60,408 nt of DNA from a virus (lineage: Duplodnaviria > Caudoviricetes). Under the pieces are notes generated by a model that ran no database searches, was not told the DNA's origin, and saw only the letters and a program-made list of their open reading frames with translations. The translations under genes and the position numbers were made by a program. The stretch is from the IMG/VR virus record IMGVR_UViG_3300037245_001069, positions 1 through 60,408 of that record. One strand, 5' to 3'. This document shows positions 50,901 through 60,408 of the stretch, piece after piece (the stretch's first letter is position 1; each line of letters opens with the position of its first letter).

Positions 50901-51419
50901 GCAGCTTTCAATATTGGATTAAGTACAGCACAGGCGATAATAGGTATTTGGGCTCAGGTGCCTAAATTTGACTTTGGTATTTCAGCAGGAATATTAACCG
51001 GAGTAGTTGGGGCTATTGGAGCAGCACAATTAGCAGCAGTATTAGCGAAGCCACTTCCATTCTTCGCTGAAGGTGTTAAGAACTTTGAGGGTGGCCCTGC
51101 AATAGTAGGAGATAAAAAAGGAAACCCAACAAAAGCAGGTGGTTCAGAATTAGGAATATTACCAGGAGGTCAAATGTTTATGACTCCAAGTACTCCTACT
51201 GTAATGAATTTACCTGCCAGAACAGATATTATTCCGAATGACATGGTTGCAAGTACATTGGCAAATGAAGCCATGACAAGCACTTACAACATGATTGATA
51301 TGTCATCTACGAACAGCCATTTAAAGAGGATAGACAAGAATACGAGCGAATCAACAACATACGAAGGAAATTATAAAATAGTGCGGAGAAAAGGCTTCGT
51401 TGGACGTTACAGGATATGA
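47949..51419 (+). CDS. Tail tape measure protein
   Basis: 1156 aa, helical; ALEQMISKGKV..EELRRQLGERLPGA tape-measure motif. Confidence 0.92.
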   Translation: MASGRIEKNDIITQAAINTVAELAAEIAKVAKETEELKTILKDAKSLGAVADATKKTTKNTEKLTTATKEFQSIIGLGKQKLKAETDQRVTAAKKVADADKKATDAKKKNTKEWIAAAKRVSVFEKKAAREKLASDKKIATGIKLKIAIQKIDKGSIDRLRAANKILANRMKELNVLIPIQRKQYDRLADSMQRNSNKIREMNIATKKQSSRFGAMMKSVARAALMYIGITKVISFFTTTLFNLTKKLSALEFAMKTVIRDSNELLVTQRFLSQTAANYGQDIVALTERYIKFRAAAQQSNLTSVETMDIFDSMAKAAGVLGLKTDEVNGVFLALEQMISKGKVTTEELRRQLGERLPGAMGIMADSIGVTISELDKMLKAGTVLSAEVLPNFAKAVEIAYGIETITKIENLIAVQGRLTTSWKEFVDELSADSTYISAIKNWSNMFNRFRIVWDDNSRLLEKYQLMTTKTGKAVNSFVEEADKMKFSQLDNADTADAFIKKLDEEGLTLEHATKVWNEYFEVREATSKLDINKFELPKAFDFGDAKSVLDTAEEDLDSFGKLAKGSLRDAFVLDSNVLTMGFESYKKYLQSLVGAARDETSKAKESLDLFGAAKMTLSELDDKLANTTDENEKKRLRDLFKNENNKNRILFQNAENRLAFEIEINNRLADLNKGKKSKGGKDETLTLLKSRQALELEQLKLFLKEKLLAFEGSDDELKQQQFDAGREIIVQRLEDLEEQRTAVGAMTKKELADASLSDVERANIKTKTSNTLLDIEKEYTILEREIIENAIAWKKNAWKDESKDAEAIRNERLDAIFTNANKLKAKAAEDANNDFLDTKRRGKDKIRTMWGLAVAQLSIEHATAIEIQKLYEENTAAWLEQEDIKDNLRRVLAEKAISFEKKLSDEKINELKRVLDFANESVNAAFNIQQQFSDNQLERARNRFERETQLAGDSEAAKLVAKRKFEKEERVIAKRQAKAAKAQAAFNIGLSTAQAIIGIWAQVPKFDFGISAGILTGVVGAIGAAQLAAVLAKPLPFFAEGVKNFEGGPAIVGDKKGNPTKAGGSELGILPGGQMFMTPSTPTVMNLPARTDIIPNDMVASTLANEAMTSTYNMIDMSSTNSHLKRIDKNTSESTTYEGNYKIVRRKGFVGRYRI

Positions 51420-52933
51420 TATATAGCTATAACACATTAGGATTTTACGAAACTAAAGGAAATCGTCAATATGACAATACCGGAAATATTCGAGTATTGC
51501 ATCATTTTGAAACGAATAAGATTCCGGCATTTCAAGTAATTGTATTGGGAACTATCATTTCTGCCAGTTATAAGTTATTTGATATTGATGACGTACAAAT
51601 AGCAACCGGTTCCGTGGCTGTTGAGAATGCAGTCAGAGAAGATTCAACTGTTTATAGCAGATTGATATTTCTTGGCACCACTTTAGCGAGTAAGGATGAT
51701 GGTTTCTATTATATGGAGATTACCTATACTAATAGTGGTTCTTATTCTGGATATTCAGCTTTAGGTCAAACTTCAAGAGATTGGATAGGCATGACTTCTG
51801 CTCCAAATGGAAATGTATATGCTACTGTAGATGGTGGCGACATTTACATGCAGACTGGCGGTACAGGTAATTTTATAGCATTATCCCAGACTTCAAGAGA
51901 TTGGAGGCAAATAGCAGCAGCCCCGAATGGTAATATTTATGCCGTTGTGTCGAGTGGAGATATTTACATGCAGACCGGAGGTACTGGAAACTTCATAGCA
52001 CTATCTCAGTCTACAAGAAACTGGTACGGAATAACCGTAGCCGCCAATGGGAATGCTTATGCTAGTGTCAATACCGGAGATATTTATATGCAAACTGGCG
52101 GTACAGGGGCTTTCGTTGCACTATCTCAAACTACAAGGTTATGGAGAGGGATGACAGTCGCTAATGGTAATGTATATGCGTGTACGACTCTTGGTGATAT
52201 TTATATGCAGACTGGTGGTGCCGATGATTTTGAGGCACTACTTCAAACTACAAGATTGTGGCATGGCATGGCAGCAGCGTCAAACGGAGATGTTTATGCT
52301 ATTGTTCTTGGCGGTGAAACATACGTTCAGAGGAATGGTACAGGGCAATTTGTTTCAATCGATGATCAAACAGAATTATGGAGAGATATAACTGTAGATG
52401 CAGATGATAGTATTTATTCATGTGTTTATGGAGAAGATATTTACGAACAAACATTATCCGCAGGAGGTGATAATTTAGCATACACCGATGTATTTTGTTG
52501 GCAAACTGATGTTTCAGAATACCTTAAAATTGAAGCCACCACTTCAAATATGGTTATCGGTGGATTCGAGATGAACATGACAGGCTTCACTTATTTGGTT
52601 TATTTGGAGGTTAAGGAAAATGGGTTTACTGAGGAATATCCCATAGAAGAAGAAGGCAAGTCTAAAACTTTCGGTGATGTAGGTTATTTCACTTCACGAA
52701 ATCATGAGCAACAGTTTGAAATTACCGGATATCGGAAAACGTTAGGATTCTTAGCTGGACTCAGAACAGTACACACAAACGGTACAGTGACCTTAACTTA
52801 CAAGAATGATATCAGCGAAATATACGACATTGAATCGCCGGATGCGGCACAGAGTTACACTTATAGCGACATCCTTATTATAAATTGGAAGTTTAAATTG
52901 GTTGATTATTTACAAACTACCAATAAAGTATAG
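51416..52933 (+). CDS. Distal-tail-position protein with inserted beta-propeller repeats
   Basis: About six 41-aa repeats ALSQT.R.W......NGN.YA....GDIYMQTGGTG.F. Confidence 0.7.
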   Translation: MIYSYNTLGFYETKGNRQYDNTGNIRVLHHFETNKIPAFQVIVLGTIISASYKLFDIDDVQIATGSVAVENAVREDSTVYSRLIFLGTTLASKDDGFYYMEITYTNSGSYSGYSALGQTSRDWIGMTSAPNGNVYATVDGGDIYMQTGGTGNFIALSQTSRDWRQIAAAPNGNIYAVVSSGDIYMQTGGTGNFIALSQSTRNWYGITVAANGNAYASVNTGDIYMQTGGTGAFVALSQTTRLWRGMTVANGNVYACTTLGDIYMQTGGADDFEALLQTTRLWHGMAAASNGDVYAIVLGGETYVQRNGTGQFVSIDDQTELWRDITVDADDSIYSCVYGEDIYEQTLSAGGDNLAYTDVFCWQTDVSEYLKIEATTSNMVIGGFEMNMTGFTYLVYLEVKENGFTEEYPIEEEGKSKTFGDVGYFTSRNHEQQFEITGYRKTLGFLAGLRTVHTNGTVTLTYKNDISEIYDIESPDAAQSYTYSDILIINWKFKLVDYLQTTNKV

Positions 52934-52964
52934 ATTTTATCTATAACTTTGTGAAAATTGATAA

Positions 52965-55601
52965 ATGAGGTTTAATACCAGATATAAAGTTTTCTTAGAT
53001 TGGTCTATTCCGAAAGATACGGCATGGAATGATGATACTAATGCCAATTGGGTAGAAGTGTTTCCTGATATTGAACCATTTAAAAAAGCTCCATTTAATA
53101 AAGAGATGTTTTCTCGATATAAGTGGGGCCAAGTTACTTTTAAAAACAATCCAAATCTTTATGGGTATGCAGCCGAAACTTACAATATTATTGCAAATGC
53201 CGCTATCGACCAAGAAATAAGAATCAAAGTTACACTTCCAGAAAGTCTTGTTGATCCTGATTCCTCAAATGTAATCAGAGGTTATTTCGGAACAAATGAT
53301 TGTGAATTTGATGAGGACAAAGGAATAATTGTAGCTACCCCGACCATATTAGACCAATATACTGACCTTGTTGAGAATTGGGAGACTGAAGTGGTAATAT
53401 TTGGGGAAACAAATACAACTAAATCATCATGGGTACTAAACAATGATTTTCCTACAGAAGATATAGGCTATCCTCACAGTTGGCCTTTGATGTTGACACA
53501 ATCAACTATTCCAGAGGCAATGTCTGTATTCAATATGATTGCATTAAACGTGGATGGAGCGATACTGAGATATGCAATAAAAAAGTATAGTATATCTATG
53601 AATCTATTTATAGATGCAGATATTGGAGGCGATGGATTGTTGCCAAATATAGTTGATTTAAGGGTAGATATTTATGATGAATACGACCAATTATATCAGT
53701 CAGTACCCATAGAAAATTTAGTAGTGTCACCGGAAGGAGGCACTGTATCCAAGTCTTACGATATAGATTTTGATGTATTACAAGGGCATTATGTTAGAGT
53801 AATTGCAGCCCCTATATCTATATCGAACATAACGTATAATGACATAAAAGTAAACGCTATCGTTGTAACGTTTGTGCAAGAAACCACTGATGTAACCGTA
53901 GATATTCAAGAATCAAGCCTAAAGACATATAAAATATGGACAGAGATTGCGATGGGAGGAACAGATCGTATTGACAGAGATGATTACGACTCTACGATAC
54001 CTACATTAGCGGCTTATTTTAATGCAAACGGATCACCAAAAGATACATTGCTGAACGCAAATTTATTTGCCCCATCAAGTACGCTTGCCAATATCGATTC
54101 AAGCATAGTAGTAGAACTTGGGATAGAAGTACTTCCGATAAGCGGGCTTTACATGGGGGAAGAAAACGACATAGGTAAGGTTTTGGAGCCTTATGGCTTT
54201 GAGCTTTCATCAGTCGAAGTATATTCTCATTTTTATACTTCAGGATGGTTTAATACATTGGAGAGAGCGAGAACTTACGCCCTTTGTAGTTATTCCAGAT
54301 TCGAACAATATCTACCACAAGGAGATATACCGTCAGGGTGGACAGACACAGGTTATGATAATGATAATGGCGAAAGGCTTTGGATTAAAAAACCTTTTGA
54401 TGGAACGATAGATGAGTGGAGTCTTGGCGATATAGATAACGAAGGCGGTACGAACGCGAGCATAGAGTGGAATTCAAGATTAAGGTCAACAAAGACATAC
54501 CCATCTTCAGGAGATTCGGTAATATTAAGAACAAGGGATTTTAAAGAAATAGCGAAAACGGTATTTAACGGTACATTTTTATCATTGGTAAACGATGAAA
54601 TAAATTCAGTATTCTTTTGGAATGATGATGATTCTGCCATTCCTCCGGTTGCATCAAATGTAAATTACGCATATCCTGAAGGAACAGAAAATTGGTTAAA
54701 TAAAATTGCAGTCGCTCATACTTATCAATTGATGGATATAAATCCTGAGTCTGAAGATTCAATTCTAAAAATTAGCTTCAAGGATTTCATGGCTGATTTA
54801 AAAGCCTTATTTAACGATCAGATATTTTGGTGGATAAGCACGGATGGAGTTTTACATATTGAGCACTTGAAATACATCGATGCAGCGAAATTGATTTTAG
54901 ATTTAACGAAAGAAGCAATCCCGAATACCATATACCTAAATAATAAAGAATTACTAAGCGAGAGTTCGGCATGGAAGTATGACAAGTCAGAAATGTTCTC
55001 CCTAGTTAATTTCCAGATAGCTAATTCAGGCAATAAAGATTTTAACGACAATAATATCACTTACGACAAGATAGTATCTAATAAACGAAATGAGGATATC
55101 AGAGACACATTGGCAACCAAGAAAATAACAACGGATGTAAGATACTGCATTGAAAACCCTTCTGATTTAGAAAATGGAATGATTCTTTTAAATCACGATT
55201 CAAATTTCAATACAGTAGTTGCGAATGTGCCTATTTCAAATACCGCATTTGAGAATGGAAATATCGCTTTAAGTAATATTTTAAACAGGTATAAATACGA
55301 AGGAATTTTTCTTAACGGTAAGATAAATGATATCCCGGTTGCGTTTGATGTAACCACAAGAACAAGAGTTGGCAAAGAAATTACCATAAAAGGAATTTAC
55401 GATTACGAATATTTTAAAAGCAAACTAGGAGTTGGCAGAATTGAATCACTAACACACGACTTGGACAAGGAAGAAACATCCATGCCTTTGCGTTATAGAT
55501 TTGGTTCAGGCACAGTATCAGACACATTTACCTTAATGGTAAGCGAGGTTGGAGATTTTGTTGGAGCAGAAGATGTAGAATTTGATTTCGGAACAATATG
55601 A
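52965..55601 (+). CDS. Tail tip/hub protein
   Basis: 878 aa; second gene after the TMP. Confidence 0.6.
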   Translation: MRFNTRYKVFLDWSIPKDTAWNDDTNANWVEVFPDIEPFKKAPFNKEMFSRYKWGQVTFKNNPNLYGYAAETYNIIANAAIDQEIRIKVTLPESLVDPDSSNVIRGYFGTNDCEFDEDKGIIVATPTILDQYTDLVENWETEVVIFGETNTTKSSWVLNNDFPTEDIGYPHSWPLMLTQSTIPEAMSVFNMIALNVDGAILRYAIKKYSISMNLFIDADIGGDGLLPNIVDLRVDIYDEYDQLYQSVPIENLVVSPEGGTVSKSYDIDFDVLQGHYVRVIAAPISISNITYNDIKVNAIVVTFVQETTDVTVDIQESSLKTYKIWTEIAMGGTDRIDRDDYDSTIPTLAAYFNANGSPKDTLLNANLFAPSSTLANIDSSIVVELGIEVLPISGLYMGEENDIGKVLEPYGFELSSVEVYSHFYTSGWFNTLERARTYALCSYSRFEQYLPQGDIPSGWTDTGYDNDNGERLWIKKPFDGTIDEWSLGDIDNEGGTNASIEWNSRLRSTKTYPSSGDSVILRTRDFKEIAKTVFNGTFLSLVNDEINSVFFWNDDDSAIPPVASNVNYAYPEGTENWLNKIAVAHTYQLMDINPESEDSILKISFKDFMADLKALFNDQIFWWISTDGVLHIEHLKYIDAAKLILDLTKEAIPNTIYLNNKELLSESSAWKYDKSEMFSLVNFQIANSGNKDFNDNNITYDKIVSNKRNEDIRDTLATKKITTDVRYCIENPSDLENGMILLNHDSNFNTVVANVPISNTAFENGNIALSNILNRYKYEGIFLNGKINDIPVAFDVTTRTRVGKEITIKGIYDYEYFKSKLGVGRIESLTHDLDKEETSMPLRYRFGSGTVSDTFTLMVSEVGDFVGAEDVEFDFGTI

Positions 55602-55611
55602 CACTAATAAT

Positions 55612-56010
55612 ATGGCACAGAAAAGAATAAGAGCATTAACCACTTACGTATCGGGAGCAGTAGCACTTAGTTCGCTGTATATTCCGGTAGATAGTGTTAA
55701 TTTCGGTAGTGAGCCGTTTAAGGTTGCTCTAGAAGATTTGATCGAAGATGATCATCCCGAAAAAGGAAGGCTATCAGGACTAGGTTCACGTAGTGTTTCC
55801 GTTACATTTGACGCTGCATACGCATCTGTACCGATAGGACAAGAACCTCAAGTATACAGGGTGGCTCAAATGCCAAGCGGAACATGGAGAAGAGAAGAAG
55901 TATCGTGGGGGTTTGACGATGCAAGTCAGCCTACGATAAGTGGATTCGCCTTGACCATAAATGCGAGCGAGTCATTAACAGGAGTTATTGTTGAATGGGA
56001 CTATAAATAA
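55612..56010 (+). CDS. Tail-associated protein
   Basis: ATG at 55612; position. Confidence 0.55.
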   Translation: MAQKRIRALTTYVSGAVALSSLYIPVDSVNFGSEPFKVALEDLIEDDHPEKGRLSGLGSRSVSVTFDAAYASVPIGQEPQVYRVAQMPSGTWRREEVSWGFDDASQPTISGFALTINASESLTGVIVEWDYK

Positions 56011-56018
56011 TTAAAGAT

Positions 56019-56720
56019 ATGAAAAAGATATTATTGATATTTGGATTAGTGATTATTTCCTTAATTGGAAATTCTCAGTTAGTAAAAGAAACAGTAAAAG
56101 TTACAGAATATATAATCATACAAGGAGATACTATTCGACTTGATTCTCCTATTGACGGAGAAGTACTGAAAAGGATTGGTGGTGTTTGGACAAATGGAAC
56201 AGGTGGTGCCGGATCAGCAGCAGTAGATTCTTTATTATGGAATTCTACAACCGGAGATTTAGGATGGTACATTAGTGGGAGTATAGCAGGAACGGAATCT
56301 TTAGACGGTAGATATATTGAAATTGTAGGCGGTGATTATTATACACAATCAGAGGTGGATGATATAGTTGCTAACGCAGAGAAAAATGTTTACCATATTA
56401 CCCTCCCTGTTGCTCCAGGGCTTTCTCAAAGTGTATCAGCAGCAGTTGAAAGCTCAGAAGGTACAGATGATGGTAATTATCCGTTTGGATGGACACTGAA
56501 TGCATCTGGAAATGATCTTCAGATATTTCATGGATTGGGCAGATATAGCTATACTGTAAATGTTTTTAGTGACGAATCAGCAGGAATGTGGAGGCAGTAC
56601 AGAAACTTTCAGGAGGGGTATAGCGGAATTCTTCTTGTAGATGAGGACAATATGAACGTTGAGCAGGTGATTACGGATTATCATGACGTTGAAATAAAAA
56701 TAGTAATAGCATTCGAATGA
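56019..56720 (+). CDS. Tail-fibre-like protein with SPI signal peptide
   Basis: MKKILLIFGLVIISLIGNS-Q; DGEVLK....WTN, LDGRY, YYTQSEVD, IFHGLG fibre-type motifs. Confidence 0.6.
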   Translation: MKKILLIFGLVIISLIGNSQLVKETVKVTEYIIIQGDTIRLDSPIDGEVLKRIGGVWTNGTGGAGSAAVDSLLWNSTTGDLGWYISGSIAGTESLDGRYIEIVGGDYYTQSEVDDIVANAEKNVYHITLPVAPGLSQSVSAAVESSEGTDDGNYPFGWTLNASGNDLQIFHGLGRYSYTVNVFSDESAGMWRQYRNFQEGYSGILLVDEDNMNVEQVITDYHDVEIKIVIAFE

Positions 56721-59700
56721 AAAAGTTAATAGTAATATTATTCTTATTGCCTTTGTTTTGTTCTTCTCAGGATGTTGATTATAGTCAATACCTAACTGAT
56801 ATTGCGTGGAGTTCAGAACTTAAAAATGTTATATTAGTAGGCACAGACACATTCTCCGTAGAAGTAAAACCATTGGATACCAGAGAGCCGGGGGCAAGAC
56901 CTTTACTCTATGGTAATTACCTAATGGACAACAGAGGTTTCCGGTATGAAATAATCGATACAACAAGCGAACCTACATTAATTGTGATTGATATTTTACC
57001 AGAAATACAAGGATACGCACCAGCGAATAATAAAATAGGATTTGTTTACCAATCAGCAGGACATGGAGAGAGTAATTCTATTGCCACTCTTGCATATAAA
57101 AAGTTACAAGAATCAGCTTTTGAGTATGGGTATTCTTTGGATATGAATATTATTCATGCTCATGGTATAGAATATGATTCACCATTTAAACGACTCGTAT
57201 TAGGTACAACTTACATTCCTGATGGGTCAGAAGTAAAAGGTACTGTTTATTGGGATGAGGCAAATAGGACATACTCTATCGACTTAGGCAACGGCGTAGC
57301 CTTACAAGTCGGTCAAGAAACCCAAATTCCAGTACATAACAACACAGGATCAGATATAATAAACGGTCGTGTATTGTTCGGTCAAGCTGTTTTTAATGAT
57401 AGGATTACTGTAGGATTAGCTACCAATACAGAAAGATACACAGCTTTATTAATAGCAACTGAGGATATTTTAAACGACACAGACGGTTTAGCGGTCGAGT
57501 TAATCGGTAGGGTGAATGATGTGAATACAGGGAGTTTATCACTCGGTCCTATTTACGTAGATACGTTGGGATTAATAACCAACACACAGCCAGTATTCCC
57601 AGCCTACACTTATTCAATAGGTGCGGTTGTTAAAGTGGGTGTAACTGATGGGATTATCCAATTCAGATCAGACGGAGTTAATTTTTTCAATTCTATTCGA
57701 GATTCGTATGACGGTTCAATTCGCGAGACATTTGACTTTAGAACATTTGTTGAAAATGATACTATCAGGGGAGTTATATCCAATTCAAGAGGTGATTCAA
57801 CAGTAACTCTTGTTTTTTCGTCTGGTTGGTATGATTTTGCAGTACCAGACACAATTAATTTAGTAGCTGGAACTGCTGGACTAACTGGGGTATTACAGGA
57901 TAATTTCGTTTATATTGATGAAGATACAAGAACTTTAATAAACAGCACAAGCGCATTTCCTGAAAATGAATTTGCAAGAGTAGCTGAAATTAATTTATCT
58001 GATACAACGAATACTCGCATAGTAGGGGCTTATGGGAATCAAAATATTAATAATCATTTCAAAACAGATGATGATAACGGTCATTTGATTCATGCTTTTG
58101 ATTGGATAAGGGCGCAAAATGCTGGATGGGCTAGAACAGGATTAGCAGCAACATTGACTGTTGGGGCATCATCATTGCAATGGGCTACCACAGGAGGTAA
58201 AATGAGGCAATTCCATAAGCAAACGATTCCAGCACTTGATATGTCGCTTGGTGATTATATGCTTGTTAAAAACGATCCAGACTATCCATTTATACCTGTT
58301 CTAGATGTAGGTTATTTAACCAAATATTCAGACGGCTCTACATGGAATAATCAATGGGCTCCTTTTGTACTTTGGTTAATTGGGAATAAAACAGGTGAAA
58401 CTTCATTCTTAGTGTTAAATATACCAAGAGATGGGTATCAGACAGAGCAGGGAGCGATAGACGATGACAATGGATATGCTGATTTTAGTATCCCCGACAA
58501 TTTCACGAGTAAAGGAATACTATTAGGAATTTTCAGAATAAGACGTAGTGGTACAAATTACACATTTAATCTAAGTACAGGATATCAAGATTTAAGGGGA
58601 ACAGTACCTAATAATGTAGCTGGCATAGGTGGTGGTTCAAGTGGATTTACCGACTACACTCAATTGAATCAAACACCAGCGGCATTAGAAGCATTAGCAT
58701 TTCAGAGAGTAGACGCAACAGGCGTAACTTTGGAAAATGTATTAGCTGAAAATATTTTATTAACTGAATTCGATTCAACGAACTTCACTTTAAAGATACC
58801 CCAAGTAGTAGGGCTTGTAGATAGCCTAAATATAATAAGAGACACTACGGACGCTTTAAGAGTTGACATAGATCAGAATGCAAGTGATATATCATCTCAG
58901 ACTTGGCAAGATGTAATTGATAATGGAACAGCAACGGTAGATAGTTCTATTACAGTAGAGAATGCATTCCCGTCTTTAAAATTTAAAACAACCAGTCTAT
59001 CTAATTCAGGAGAATTATCATTCGTTAATCCATCGGGTACAACGAGGGCATTTATTAAGTATGATTTTGCAACTGATTTATTAAGTATGCGAGTTGGTGG
59101 ATTAAATGATGCAATGATATTAAATTCGTCAGGAGATATCACTGCATTAGGAGCAGCTACAACAGGAGATGATATCACTATTCAATCAAGTGGCACAGGT
59201 AAGTTATTAAGATTTACAGGGTTTGGATCAGGGCAAAAGATAGGGGTGGAGTTTGGGGCTGTAGGCACTGGCGTATTCTCAGCTTTTGGTTCACCGATGG
59301 AGTTTAACGCTTTTCACGGACATGAATTATACAACAATGCAGGATTAATAGCTAGGATTGGCGATGCCTTTAATAGTTTAAATTCTACATTTGGAGGTGC
59401 AGTTACCGCAGCAAGTCTAAACGCCACCAACGGCGCAACAGTTGGAGATGCACCAGTGCTAGATGATGATGTTGTAAGGCTAATTGAGCTAACTGGAGCA
59501 ACTGAAGATGTTGATTTTAATTCTATTTCAGTAGGCGGAGTTGATATTTCAGACAATAATATCAAAAACGCAAGGGTAACCAACTCAAGCCCAACATTAT
59601 CAGCAACGGACTACACAGTTATTTTAAGCACGACAGGGCCGACAAAGATATTATTCCCAGCAAGTTTTGTTCAGGGTTCTATTTACGTATTCTCGAACAG

Positions 59701-59848
59701 GACAGGGTCTGCGGTTACATTTAGAAATAATGCTGATTCAGCTAATATATCAATAAATACAGCTTCGGCAGCAACCACTTCAATCGCAGCAGGAACTTAC
59801 ATGATGATTCAGTATATAAATGGACTTTGGTATCAAATAGGATCTTAA
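56717..59848 (+). CDS. Large tail-fibre/adhesin-like protein with SPI signal peptide
   Basis: MKKLIVILFLLPLFCSS-Q; 1043 aa, G/T/S-rich; fibre-like C-terminus. Confidence 0.65.
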   Translation: MKKLIVILFLLPLFCSSQDVDYSQYLTDIAWSSELKNVILVGTDTFSVEVKPLDTREPGARPLLYGNYLMDNRGFRYEIIDTTSEPTLIVIDILPEIQGYAPANNKIGFVYQSAGHGESNSIATLAYKKLQESAFEYGYSLDMNIIHAHGIEYDSPFKRLVLGTTYIPDGSEVKGTVYWDEANRTYSIDLGNGVALQVGQETQIPVHNNTGSDIINGRVLFGQAVFNDRITVGLATNTERYTALLIATEDILNDTDGLAVELIGRVNDVNTGSLSLGPIYVDTLGLITNTQPVFPAYTYSIGAVVKVGVTDGIIQFRSDGVNFFNSIRDSYDGSIRETFDFRTFVENDTIRGVISNSRGDSTVTLVFSSGWYDFAVPDTINLVAGTAGLTGVLQDNFVYIDEDTRTLINSTSAFPENEFARVAEINLSDTTNTRIVGAYGNQNINNHFKTDDDNGHLIHAFDWIRAQNAGWARTGLAATLTVGASSLQWATTGGKMRQFHKQTIPALDMSLGDYMLVKNDPDYPFIPVLDVGYLTKYSDGSTWNNQWAPFVLWLIGNKTGETSFLVLNIPRDGYQTEQGAIDDDNGYADFSIPDNFTSKGILLGIFRIRRSGTNYTFNLSTGYQDLRGTVPNNVAGIGGGSSGFTDYTQLNQTPAALEALAFQRVDATGVTLENVLAENILLTEFDSTNFTLKIPQVVGLVDSLNIIRDTTDALRVDIDQNASDISSQTWQDVIDNGTATVDSSITVENAFPSLKFKTTSLSNSGELSFVNPSGTTRAFIKYDFATDLLSMRVGGLNDAMILNSSGDITALGAATTGDDITIQSSGTGKLLRFTGFGSGQKIGVEFGAVGTGVFSAFGSPMEFNAFHGHELYNNAGLIARIGDAFNSLNSTFGGAVTAASLNATNGATVGDAPVLDDDVVRLIELTGATEDVDFNSISVGGVDISDNNIKNARVTNSSPTLSATDYTVILSTTGPTKILFPASFVQGSIYVFSNRTGSAVTFRNNADSANISINTASAATTSIAAGTYMMIQYINGLWYQIGS

Positions 59849-59859
59849 ATTAATTAAAT

Positions 59860-60213
59860 ATGAAAGCAATATTAACAAGTTTATTAGTGATTATTTCACT
59901 AGCAAGTTTCGGACAAATCGAAACAAAGTATAGATTAGATATAAGCGATGGAGATTCAACCCTTCAAAAATACACGTATGAAAACCATGTTAAAAGAACT
60001 GGGGATGTAGTTGTATTTTACCAAAAAGAGGTATTCGACTTAGATACTGTACTTCTAAAAAGTAAGAAAATTAGAGTAGGATTATCACTGAATGATTCAA
60101 TTCAAAGTCAACCTATTGAAGACATTCTAAATTTACTCTATAATGTGCAGGATTCTGCTAGGCTCAAAAGAATAATGATTCAAGCGATCAGAAAAGAAAG
60201 AAGAGGAAAATAA
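59860..60213 (+). CDS. Signal-peptide protein
   Basis: MKAILTSLLVIISLASFG-Q. Confidence 0.6.
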   Translation: MKAILTSLLVIISLASFGQIETKYRLDISDGDSTLQKYTYENHVKRTGDVVVFYQKEVFDLDTVLLKSKKIRVGLSLNDSIQSQPIEDILNLLYNVQDSARLKRIMIQAIRKERRGK

Positions 60214-60239
60214 TATAAATAATATTAAATTACAAAATC

Positions 60240-60408
60240 ATGAAAATTACAAAAGACAAAAAATTACATTTCGTATTAGGTTTTTTAATCGCATTAGTTG
60301 GCTGTTTTATAGCTTACTTTTTATTGGGAATGAAGGAAAATCCGATCTACTTCGGGGCTGGACTTGCTATATTCGCAGGATTGACAAAAGAAGTAATCTG
60401 GGATAAGA
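60240..60408 (+). CDS. 5' part of the membrane protein that continues at 2..187
   Basis: ATG at 60240, open through the terminal repeat. Confidence 0.75.
   Translation, partial: MKITKDKKLHFVLGFLIALVGCFIAYFLLGMKENPIYFGAGLAIFAGLTKEVIWDK
60329..60408. repeat. Terminal direct repeat, right copy
   Basis: Identical to 1-80. Confidence 0.97.

Noticed and set aside
51416-59848. Diversity-generating retroelement targeting tail genes
   Set aside because: No reverse transcriptase ORF and no template/variable repeat pair differing at adenines was seen
60329-60408. Biological terminal repeat of the virion DNA
   Set aside because: Short, falls inside an ORF and far from terS; most consistent with an assembler overlap

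Overview
The window looks like a complete, circularly assembled (80-bp terminal direct repeat, about 60.3 kb unit) tailed dsDNA phage genome of siphovirus type. The host is probably Bacteroidota, inferred from TAnnTTTG promoter boxes and SPI signal peptides ending in Gln+1. A leftward early/replication arm (2.0-22.9 kb) carries RecT, a PD-(D/E)XK exonuclease, RusA-like resolvase, initiator and DnaC-like ATPase. A rightward arm (23.3-60.4 kb, wrapping to 1.9 kb) carries TerS, two DNA methyltransferases, TerL, portal, HK97-type capsid, tail and lysis genes. Standout 1: a phage-borne integron-like system. A tyrosine recombinase (2388-3218) has an attI-like GTT at 3271, followed by eight cassettes (3272-5847). 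Each holds one antisense ORF, which usually starts inside an expanded attC-like loop and often stops on the GTTA core. A second attC-bounded, conventionally oriented insertion lies at 29.4-30.7 kb. Standout 2: a DNA methyltransferase whose two variable loops each contain a complete HNH endonuclease gene overprinted in another frame, with its own promoter box, while the MTase frame stays open. Also present: a twister ribozyme, two tRNA-like folds, a repeated early-gene leader motif, a TerL with a duplicated and apparently dead nuclease domain, and tail-region proteins with signal peptides. All calls come from reading the sequence; no database search was run.
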